DNA from: an uncultured Pseudomonadota bacterium
Lineage (GTDB): Bacteria; Myxococcota_A; Polyangia; Fen-1088
Assembly: GCA_963847705.1 (NCBI GenBank)
Contig: CAWKBC010000027.1
Span: 768,001 to 832,000 of the forward strand
Direction: 5' to 3'
DNA: 64,000 nt
Positions 11,937 to 21,000 of the stretch are shown piece by piece. The position numbers and the translations under genes are program-made. The first letter of the stretch is position 1; every line of letters starts with the position of its first letter. A model generated the notes under the pieces. The model saw only the letters and a list, made by a program, of their open reading frames with translations, was not told where the DNA came from and did not search any database.

Positions 11937-12910
11937 GCGACACCTCTGCCGGCGAACGCCGCGAGCGCCTGGCCGATCTCGCTCCAGAGCTCGGCTCCGG
12001 CCGCCCCGGCGGGGACGCGCCAGAGGACGTCGACCGCGCGGGGCGGAGCTGCGTCGTCGCCGAACAGGATGGCGCCGAGACGGCCGCGGGGCGTCCCCAT
12101 CGCCAACCACGCGACGTCGCCGATGGCGATCACGATCTCCGGCGAGCTGGCCGCGATCGCCGCCGCCGCCCGCTCTCGGTCGACCACCGCCACGCCCGCC
12201 GGCGCCGCGGCCGCGATCTGCGCCAGCGCCTCGGAGCCGAGCGCGGGATCGACCGCCACCAGCACGCGCGCCAGCGGAATCGCCGCGTCGTCGTCGCGCT
12301 CGGAGGTGAGCTCCGAGGTGGTGTTCCCTCTGGGGGGCGCGCAGGCAATCACGTCGACGTCGATCTTTTCGCTGCCGACCTGCTGCGTGGCCACGCCGGC
12401 GGCCAGGATGGCGATCACCGGCCGTTCGATCTCCACCGGATCGAGGCGTCGATAGGCGGCCCGGGCGCCACGCCAGCGGCGGAGGACGACGCGCCCCACG
12501 CCGTCGGCGAGCGGACCGGCTGCGTCCGTCGCCTCGACGTCGGCGGCGCCAGCAAAGGCGGCGCCGATGCGGGCGGCGAGGCTGGGCCCGAGCGCCATCC
12601 CGGCCCCTCCGGCCGGAAAGAGCACCAGCAGCGGCGCGACCCGCTCGACCGCGGCCTGCAGGGCGGGGCCGTGGGTGGCATCCAGCGCCGCCGCCGAAAG
12701 GCCCGCCCCCTCGCAGAGCAGGACCTTGTCAGCCCCCGCACGCCCGAGACGCACCACCACCGCCTGGTCGAGCTCGCCATCGCTCATCACGATGGCGTAG
12801 ACGGTCGCGCCGGCCACGTGCGCGACGCGGCGGCTCTCGGAGAGCGCGAACAGCGATGGGCCCGTGGGCTCGCCGTCGCGGAGATCGATGGGAACGAGCA
12901 GGTTCGGCAG
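11933..12910 (-). CDS. Electron transfer flavoprotein alpha-subunit-like protein (degenerate); start uncertain, possibly CTG at 12910
   Basis: The frame extends upstream of the called 12817 start as LPNLLVPIDLRDGEPTGPSLFALSESRRVAH, resembling an EtfA N-terminus. Also LGRAGADKVL and LGPSLAARIG. Confidence 0.55.
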   Translation of the reverse strand: MPNLLVPIDLRDGEPTGPSLFALSESRRVAHVAGATVYAIVMSDGELDQAVVVRLGRAGADKVLLCEGAGLSAAALDATHGPALQAAVERVAPLLVLFPAGGAGMALGPSLAARIGAAFAGAADVEATDAAGPLADGVGRVVLRRWRGARAAYRRLDPVEIERPVIAILAAGVATQQVGSEKIDVDVIACAPPRGNTTSELTSERDDDAAIPLARVLVAVDPALGSEALAQIAAAAPAGVAVVDRERAAAAIAASSPEIVIAIGDVAWLAMGTPRGRLGAILFGDDAAPPRAVDVLWRVPAGAAGAELWSEIGQALAAFAGRGVA

Positions 12911-13011
12911 GAAGCGCCTCGCGGATGCGTCCCTTCGCGGAACGCGGAACGCGGGATTGGCGGAGTGGTTGGACGGCCACCATCATGCCTACGGGGGCGG
13001 GGGCTGTCCAT

Positions 13012-13041
13012 TTGACATGCTGATCGACCGGCCGTGATAAT
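13012..13041 (+). promoter_or_regulatory. Candidate sigma-70 promoter for the TPR-TPR-kinase cluster
   Basis: TTGACA (13012-13017), an 18-nt spacer, then GATAAT (13036-13041), 19 nt before the ATG at 13061. Confidence 0.55.
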
Positions 13042-13060
13042 GCAGCTCCGGCACTCCGGC

Positions 13061-16000
13061 ATGCCACCAGGAACCGACGGCGACGACGAAGAGCTGGTCG
13101 AGATCGATGTCGAGATCGACGGGCCGCCACCGGTTCCCCAGGCCTCGGCGCCCGAGCTGATCGCGGACGGAGGGGACACCGAGCCGAACCGCGGCGGAAC
13201 GCCCACCGAGGGTCCACCGCCCGCGCCTCCGGACATCCTGGAAATCTCCGACGTGGTCGAGCTGCAGCCGCCGATCGTCGAAGCAGCTGCGGACGATCTG
13301 GCCAGCGCGCTGGCGCTCTATGAAGCCGAGGCGGCCGCCGCGGAGGGGGGGCGAAAGGGCGCGCTGCTGCTGGAGGTCGCTCGGCTCCGGGAGATGCGCG
13401 ACGGCGCCGGGGAAGGGGGTGCGCGCGCGGCCCTGGCGGCGGCGCGCGCAGCCTTCGCCAGCGATCCCGCCTCGGTGCCCGCCCTCTGGCTGCTGCGCCG
13501 CCTGCTCGCGCGCGCCGGCGGGTGGGAGGAGCTGGCGGCGATCTACGAGCAGGCGATCCAGGCCCCGTTGTCTGCCGCCGACCCGCGTCTGCGCGCCGAG
13601 CTGCTGATCGCCCGTGGGCGGTTGCTGGAAGATCGGCTCGACCGCGCCAACGACGCGATCGGCTGTTACCGGGAAGCGCTGGCAGCGGCGCCCGATCACC
13701 CGGGCGCGCTGCTGTCCCAGCTGCTGGCCGGCGCGCGGGGGCAGGATGCGGCGCTCCTCGCCGAGGCGCTGGGCGGGCTCGCACGCCGCGCGGAGAGCCC
13801 CCCCGTGCGGGCGGCGCTGGTCATCGAAGAGGCGCTCGCCTGGCGTCGCGCCGAGCCGCGCGACGGTGCGGAGCGCGCGCTCGCCGTGCTGGAGGAGGAG
13901 CTCGGCCGCAACGACCCCGGGTCGCCGGTCGGGGCGCTGCTGGCCGAGCTCGAGGCGCTGGCGCGCGCCGAGGTCCCTGCGGCGACGGCGGTGCAGGCGC
14001 TCGAGGATCTGGCCAGACGGCTGGAGAGCGTCGACGCAGGCCTGGCCGTCGCGCTCTTGCGCGAGCGGGCCCGTCTGTTGCGCCAGGAGTTGCTGGCGCC
14101 CGAGGCGGCGCTGGAGACGCTCGACGAGGCGGCGCGCCTCGACCCCGCGCATCCGGTGGTGGCTGCCGAGCGGTTCGAGCTGGCGTTGGCCCTCGATCGC
14201 CGCGACGCGGCCGGCGAGCTCGCGCGGGGATTCCTCCTGGCGGCCAGGCGCGACGACGAGGCGGTCGACTTCGCGCTCGCCTGCGCGGAGGCGATCTTCG
14301 ATCCCGCCCACCCCGACGCCGCCGTGGAGATTCTCCAGACGCCCCGGGTGCGGGCCCGCCGCGCGGCCCGGGCCGATCTGCGGGCGCTCGAGCTGGCGCT
14401 GGCCGTCGTCCGACGGGACCCGCGGGCGCTGGCCGATGCCTTCACGCTCGGAGCGGACGCCGAGACGCATGCCGACGCCGGGTCGAAGGTCGCCGCGCTC
14501 ATCGCCGCGGGAGCGGTTCGGGCGGGACCGCTCGGGCAGACCGACGTGGCCAGCGATCTCTACCAGCGGGCCATCGATTTTGCTGCCTCGCCCGAACAGG
14601 CGCGCCCGGCCTTGCAGGTGCTGGTCTCGCTGCGGGCCGCCGCCGGCCGCATCGAGGAGGCGACCGCGATTCTGGAGACGGCGCTGGCTGCCTCGGCGGC
14701 GTCGTCCGGAGGAGGTACCAGCGAAGCAGACGCCGCCTTCGAGATCTGGGCGCGCGAATCGCTGGTGGCCTTCTACGCCGACGAGCTCGGCGCGCCCGGC
14801 CGCGCGCTGCCGCACCAGCGCCGTCTGGTCGCTCTGCGGCCGCGAGAGGGCGCGGGTCGGGTGCGGCTCTGCGATCTCGATCTGGAGAGCGCCCCGGATG
14901 GCCTGCGGCCGAACGAGCGCGCCGACAACCTGCTCGCCCTGGCGGCCGAGGCGGGCGAGCCGGCGGTGGAGATCGCGCTCCGGGTCACCGCCGGGCGAGC
15001 GCTCGCCGATTCCCCGGAGCCGCAGCAGAGCGCCGAAGGGCTGGCGCTGCTCGGCCAGCTGGTGACGGTCGATCCGTCGGGGCTGGCTGCGGCGCCGGTG
15101 GAGCGGGCGGCGGCCTCGCCGGCGGCGCGCGCGGAGATCGTGGCGGCCGAGCTCGGCGCCGCGGTCGACAACGGCCCGGCGGAGCGGACGCGTGCGCTCC
15201 GTTTCCGACTGGCGCACCACCGCGCGGCGGCGGGCGCTTTCGCCGAGGCGATGGCCGCCTTGACGCCGCTTCGCTCCGAGGGAGATCCGCTGGCCCGCGC
15301 CTGGAGCTACGCGCTGGCGCGCCGCGCGGGCGACGCGTTCCTGGAGGTCGCCGTGCTCTCCGAGGAGACGCGGGTGCCCGACGGCACGCTCGGCGACGAG
15401 GCGGGCGTGCTGCTCGCGCACGGCGAGGCGCTGGCCGAAGCGGGTGACCCGCAAGGGGCCGCCGATTCGTTGCGCCGCGCGGTCGCTCGCGCCCCGGACG
15501 GGGAGACAGCAGCCGACGCCGCCCTCTTGCTCTATCGTCTGGCGACCGTCGCCGCCACCAGCCCGGGCGGAGCGGGCGCGGCGTTGCCCGAGGCGCTGGA
15601 GGCACTGGCGGGTGCGGTGGGAGACGATCCCGCGCTCGCCGCGGCGGCGGCGCGCGAGGCGGCGCTCAGCGCGGCGGCGAGCGGCTCGGCTGCTGTCGTC
15701 CAGGGAGCGGCAACGAAAACGAAGCTCGGCGATTCGCCCGCCGCTCACGCCGAGCTGACGCTCTTGCGATTCATGACCGGTGTGCGCGCCGGGGACCCGA
15801 AGACGGTGGCCGAATCACTGGCCGAGATCGCGCGGGGGCTGGCCGACGCCGACGGAACCGTGCCCGGCGAAGCCGTGCCGCTGCTGGCCCGCGCGGCGGC
15901 GCGCGCCCGGCTGGCCGGCGCCGAGACCGCGGAGGCGGTCGCCGTGGCCGTCTGGGAGACGGCGCATCCGCCCGCGCTGGCGCCGGCCCTCGCCGATCTG

Positions 16001-18097
16001 CCGGTCGCGGGCGCCGCGCCCTGGCCCCCGGCGCGGCCCGATCCCCGGCGCTTGCGCGCCCGCCGGGCCGGGGGGGCGCTGGGCGTCGCGCTCCACCTGG
16101 AGGCGGCGCTCGACGCTGAACGACAGGGTGAGCTCGGTGCGGCGCTGGCGGCCTATGGCAGTGTGATCGCGCTCGACCCGGAGCGGCTGGAGGCCTGGAC
16201 CGGGGTGCGACGGGTGGCGCGCGCGGGTGGCGATCTCCTCGGTGAGGCGCGCGCGCTGGCCCGCCTGGGCATGCTGGTTCGCGATCCCAGGCGGGCCGCC
16301 GCGCTGCTCGCGGAGGCGGCCAGCGCCTACGAGAGCGCCGGGCGCGACGACGACGCCATCGCGGTTCTCGGGCGCGCGGTCGAGCTCTGCCCGGACGACG
16401 CGGGCGCCTATGCACGGGTCCACGCGCTCCTCCGCAGGGACCTGGGGGCGCCTGGGCGGGCTGCCACCTTCGACGGTCTCCTGTCGTACCGGCTGGCGGC
16501 CGGGCCGCTGACGGCGGCCGAACGGATTGCGCTGCTGTCCGAGCGCGCGGAGCATCGGATGACGCTGCTCGAGGATCGCCCGGCGGCCTTTCAAGATTTC
16601 AAGCGAATCTTGAAGATCAGCCCCAATCACCTCGACTCGCTGTATGAATTGGCGCAAGGGGCGCTCGGCGAGCAGGACCCCCGCGCGGCGGCCCGCTGGC
16701 TCGAGCGCTACCTGACGGCGGCCGGTGGCCATGACCCGGACCGGGTGGCGGCGGCGAAGCTGGACCTGGCCGCCTGTTATGAGGCGCGTGGCGAGACCGT
16801 GCGGGCCATCGAGACGTTGCGCCTGGCGGCCCTGGCCCGGCCGGCCGATCCGACGCCGCTCGAGCGCCTGGCGGAGCTCCACCTCCGCCGCCGGGACGCG
16901 CGTGGGGCGGTGGAGGCGCTCCGGGCGGCCGCCCCGCGACTCGGCGATTCGCCGGCGCAGGCAGCCCTGGCGCTGCAGATCGGAGCCATCGAACGAGACG
17001 TCGCGCGCGATCCGGCCGGCGCGGCGGCCGCCTTCCGACAGGCGGCGGAGCTCGATCCCCTGGGCCCGGGCGCGGCCACGCTGGTCTCCCTCCACGACGC
17101 CGCCTCCGACGCGCGGGGGGCGCTGGAGGTCGTCGAGCGGGAGATTGCCGATCTCAGGCGAGCGCTGGCCGCCAATCCCCTCGACGTGCGCCGGCTGGAG
17201 CGGCTCGGGCAGTGGCTGGCGGACGCGCGCCGCCGCGGCAGCAGCGGCGCCGACCCCGATGCCGAGGCCGTGGTGGCGAACGTGCGTGGGCTGGCCGGCG
17301 GACGCGCGTCGCCCTTGCCGGCGCCCGCCGCCGTCACGCCCAAGACGGGGCGCGCCTTCCTCACCGAGATCGCCGATCGCGCGGCCGGCGGCTTCGTGGC
17401 GGAGGTCTGGCCGCACCTGCGCGAGGCGGCGGCGGCGCTGTTTCCGCCGCCGCCGCGCCCCCGCCCGGCACCGCTCGGTCCCGAGCACGCCCCGCGCGTC
17501 GCCTGGATCAACGCGGCCGCGTCGGCCGTCGGCATCGCGCGCCTCGCGATCCTCGTCGCCCGCGAGCCGGGAGCGCCTCCGGCCGCGCCGAGCGATGGCG
17601 GTGAACCATCGCTGATTCTGGCCTCTGATGCGCTGTCGTCGCCGGCGCTGCGGTTTCACGTCGGGCGGGCGCTCGGGCTCATCGCCCAGCAGACGGTCGT
17701 CCTCGGGCGGGTGAGCGCCGCCGAGCTGGCGCCGCTCTTCGCCTGCGCGGCCTTGCTGGCGGGCGCAGAGGTTCCTGCGGAGCTGTCGACCCCGGTGGAG
17801 GATCTCCTGCGCGACGTCACACGCGCCGTGGGGCGCAAGGATCGGAAGTCGCTGGCGCTGCAAGCCTCGCGCTTCGGGTTCGAGCCGTTCGATCTCGAGG
17901 CCTGGCGAACCGCGACGCTGCGGGCGGCCGATCGCTTCGGGCTGTTCGTCTGCGGAGACCCAGCCGCGGCCGCTGCGGCCATCGCCGGGGGGGCGCAGGC
18001 CGTGCCCGGCAATCCGGCGGCGGTGGATCTGCTGGGCTTCGCCCTCGGCGATCGCTACCCGGCGCTCCGGCGGGCCGTCGAGGGGGGCGGCCGCTGA
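13061..18097 (+). CDS. Giant TPR-like helical repeat protein (~1680 aa)
   Basis: Acidic N-terminus; TPR-like units such as AIGCYREALAAAPDHPGAL and AFQDFKRILKISPNHLDSL; C-terminal LRFHVGRAL...ADRFGLFVCGD. Confidence 0.75.
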   Translation: MPPGTDGDDEELVEIDVEIDGPPPVPQASAPELIADGGDTEPNRGGTPTEGPPPAPPDILEISDVVELQPPIVEAAADDLASALALYEAEAAAAEGGRKGALLLEVARLREMRDGAGEGGARAALAAARAAFASDPASVPALWLLRRLLARAGGWEELAAIYEQAIQAPLSAADPRLRAELLIARGRLLEDRLDRANDAIGCYREALAAAPDHPGALLSQLLAGARGQDAALLAEALGGLARRAESPPVRAALVIEEALAWRRAEPRDGAERALAVLEEELGRNDPGSPVGALLAELEALARAEVPAATAVQALEDLARRLESVDAGLAVALLRERARLLRQELLAPEAALETLDEAARLDPAHPVVAAERFELALALDRRDAAGELARGFLLAARRDDEAVDFALACAEAIFDPAHPDAAVEILQTPRVRARRAARADLRALELALAVVRRDPRALADAFTLGADAETHADAGSKVAALIAAGAVRAGPLGQTDVASDLYQRAIDFAASPEQARPALQVLVSLRAAAGRIEEATAILETALAASAASSGGGTSEADAAFEIWARESLVAFYADELGAPGRALPHQRRLVALRPREGAGRVRLCDLDLESAPDGLRPNERADNLLALAAEAGEPAVEIALRVTAGRALADSPEPQQSAEGLALLGQLVTVDPSGLAAAPVERAAASPAARAEIVAAELGAAVDNGPAERTRALRFRLAHHRAAAGAFAEAMAALTPLRSEGDPLARAWSYALARRAGDAFLEVAVLSEETRVPDGTLGDEAGVLLAHGEALAEAGDPQGAADSLRRAVARAPDGETAADAALLLYRLATVAATSPGGAGAALPEALEALAGAVGDDPALAAAAAREAALSAAASGSAAVVQGAATKTKLGDSPAAHAELTLLRFMTGVRAGDPKTVAESLAEIARGLADADGTVPGEAVPLLARAAARARLAGAETAEAVAVAVWETAHPPALAPALADLPVAGAAPWPPARPDPRRLRARRAGGALGVALHLEAALDAERQGELGAALAAYGSVIALDPERLEAWTGVRRVARAGGDLLGEARALARLGMLVRDPRRAAALLAEAASAYESAGRDDDAIAVLGRAVELCPDDAGAYARVHALLRRDLGAPGRAATFDGLLSYRLAAGPLTAAERIALLSERAEHRMTLLEDRPAAFQDFKRILKISPNHLDSLYELAQGALGEQDPRAAARWLERYLTAAGGHDPDRVAAAKLDLAACYEARGETVRAIETLRLAALARPADPTPLERLAELHLRRRDARGAVEALRAAAPRLGDSPAQAALALQIGAIERDVARDPAGAAAAFRQAAELDPLGPGAATLVSLHDAASDARGALEVVEREIADLRRALAANPLDVRRLERLGQWLADARRRGSSGADPDAEAVVANVRGLAGGRASPLPAPAAVTPKTGRAFLTEIADRAAGGFVAEVWPHLREAAAALFPPPPRPRPAPLGPEHAPRVAWINAAASAVGIARLAILVAREPGAPPAAPSDGGEPSLILASDALSSPALRFHVGRALGLIAQQTVVLGRVSAAELAPLFACAALLAGAEVPAELSTPVEDLLRDVTRAVGRKDRKSLALQASRFGFEPFDLEAWRTATLRAADRFGLFVCGDPAAAAAAIAGGAQAVPGNPAAVDLLGFALGDRYPALRRAVEGGGR

Positions 18098-21000
18098 TGG
18101 CCGGCGAAAAGAAACCGCCCGCGTCGGGCCGTGAAGCTGCCGACGACGGTTCGGTCGAGGTCGAGGCGCTGTTCGACGATCTGTTCGACGAGGCGCCGCC
18201 CACCGATCCGACGGCGCCGACCGTGCCGGAGCGCGACGAGGAGGTCACGCTGGAGGTCCCTGCGGTGGCCGCCAGGGCCGGGATCAACCCCAGAGCTCCA
18301 GCCGAATGGGAGGTCGCGGCTGAATCCGAAGTCGAGCCCGAGGTCGAGCCAGAAGCGCCGGCCTTCTTCGCGCCGATCCTTCCCGAGATGGAGGCGGAGA
18401 TCTGGCAGGCGGGGATTCAAGCTCTGGTGACCGTGCCGGAGCGTTCCGCCCCGCCGACGACCTCCCACGATGACTGGATCGAGGAGGCGCGCCTGTTTCA
18501 AGCAGAGAGCAACTCCGCCGAGACACCGGTGCTGGCAGCGGGGCTCCTCACCGCGGCCGCGCGTGCGGCGGAGGTCGCCGGGGAGACGGCGGAGGCCGCC
18601 AGCGGCTACGACGAGGCGCTGGCCCGCGCGCCGACGGCGCCCGATGCGCTGCGGGCGCGCGCCCGTCTGGCAGAGAGCCTGGGCGACATCGACGAGGCCC
18701 ATGCGCTGTGGGCGCGGCTGGCCATCTCGGCGGGGACCGCCGAGGAGCGGGCGTTTTATGGGGCGCTGTCGGCGGAGTGGACGCTGGCACGCCGGGGTGC
18801 GCTGCCAGCGGTGGCCGGCGAGGCGATCCCCGCCGGAGCCGCGCGGGCGCTGGCGGTCGTCGAGGAGGCGTTGCGGGGCGGCACGTCGGTCGCTCCTGCG
18901 GCAGCGTTCGCGGCGGCCGGACGCGTTCTCGGCGGGAGATTCGGCGCGGCGTTTCTCGACCAGGCCGCGCGCTTCTCGCTGGCGGCGGGCGACGCCGCTT
19001 CGGCCGCGGCTCACCGAACGGCGGCGCGCAAGATCGATCCCCAGGGCGAGACCATCCTCGGCCGCCTGCGCGAGGCCGCCTGGACGGATCGCCGGCGCGG
19101 AGGAGGCGGCAAGACAGGCAAGACAGGCGAGACCGCCGACCTCGACCAGATCCTCGCGGCTTTGCCGGCGGGATCTGCGCTCGCGCAGGCGGTCGGCCGG
19201 TGGGCGGCCGCGGCGGCGCGGCGGCGCGGAGATCCGGAGCGGGCGCTGGCCCTGCTGACCGGCCTCGGTGCGACCACGGCGGCGGCCGCGCGCGATCGGC
19301 TCGATCTCGAGTTTCTCGTCGACGGCGCGCTCGACGAGCAGAGCCTGGCACGCCTGCGTGGGTCCGCCACGGCGCCCGCGGCCGCGGCCAACTTGATCTG
19401 GATCGAAGCCGCCGACCTCGTTCGTCGCGGGGAGCACGAGGCGGCGGCCCGGCTGCTCGGGCGGGGGATCGAGGAGCACGCCGATGCGGTCCCGCTCGCG
19501 CTCCTGGCCGAGGAGATCGCGGCGGCCACCGACGATCCGGCCCTGGAGGCCGCGACGCTGGACCTCTGGCTGCGCGGCGATCCAGCCCGCCGCGCCCAGG
19601 CCGCGCTGGCGCTGGCGGCCAACCTGGAGGCGGCTGGCAGCGGCCTCAACGCGCGCGCGGCGCTCCAGACCGCCGTCGAATCGGCGCCCGAATCGGCTTC
19701 GTTCTGGGTCGCGGCCGCCTCCGACGCGCGCGCCGGTCGGCGCAGTGATGCCGCGGCGGCGCTGGGATTCGGCGCCGAGGTCTGGGAGGCGAGCAGCCTC
19801 GTCCCCGGGCTGCGGGCGGCCGCGGCGGTGAAGCTCGCCCCCGGCGATCCGGACCGCGCGCTGGCCGCGCTGGGCGCCGCCGCCGAAGGGGCGCTCTCCG
19901 AGGCTGCGCGCGCGCTCGGCCCTTCGGCCGTCGCGCGGCTGGCCGAGCGGGCAGGGGATCGGGCGGCGTTCGAGACGGCGCTCGACGCCGCCGAGGCGGT
20001 GACCCGCGAGCCGGCGCAGGCGGCCTGGCTGGCGCTCCGGCGCGCCTGGTCGATTCCCTCGCCCGCGAGCGAGGCAGAGAACGAGGCAGCGGGGGCTGCG
20101 CGCCGGCGAGCGCTCGAGCGGGCCCTGGAGATCGTTCCCCGTCATCCGCTGGCGCTGGGGCTCTTCCTCGCCGAGCCGGGGGTCGACCTGGCGGCGGCGG
20201 CCGCCGCCCTGGCCCGGGTCGGCTCGGCCTCGTCCGAGATCTCCGCGTTCAGCCGGACGATGGCGCTGGCCGCGGCGAGCACGCTCGCGCTCGGCGGGGA
20301 TCGGGAGGGGGCGCTGCGGCGCGCGGCGGAGATCCTGGCGTCGGCGCCAGCAGATCCCGAGGCGCGGACGGCGGTGGCGCGGACGGCCGCGGCGCTCGGC
20401 GGCGAGAGCGGCCTGCGCGCGCTGGCCGGACTGACCGTCGCGGCGGCCGGGCGCGACGAGGCGCTCTCGCTGGCCGTCGCGGAGGCGCGCATCGCGATCG
20501 GCGCGCGGGAGGCGGCCGGCGAGGCGCTGCGAATCCTGGACGACGGCCGATTCGGGCCCGACGCGCGGCGCGCAGGAGCACGGCTCCGTGCCTCCGACGC
20601 GGTGCCGTTTCCGTCGGGGCTCTTCGCCGCGCCGCCCGAGCAGGCGGCCGCGGAGTCGCGAGCCGCGGTGGCCGCCGTGGTGGAGGCTGCGTCGGCCGGC
20701 CGTTGGGACGAGCTGGTCGCCGCGCTCGCGGGCGCCCCGCCGCACGAGGCGGTGGCCAGCGCCGGAACGTTGGCCCTCGCATCGCTGGTGGCGGAGGGAC
20801 ATGGCGACGAGGCCGCGGCTGACCGACTGGCCGAGGCGGCGGTGGGCGCGGACGACGCGCCGTCGCCGCTCTCCACGCTGACGCTGGCGCGTGTGGTCGA
20901 CTCGGCGGCCGACACGGCGGTCCGCGCGCGGGCGTTGACGGCGGCGACGGCCCGCCTGGGCGCCGCGGAGTCGGATCGTCGCTCCGCCGCGGCCGCGCTG

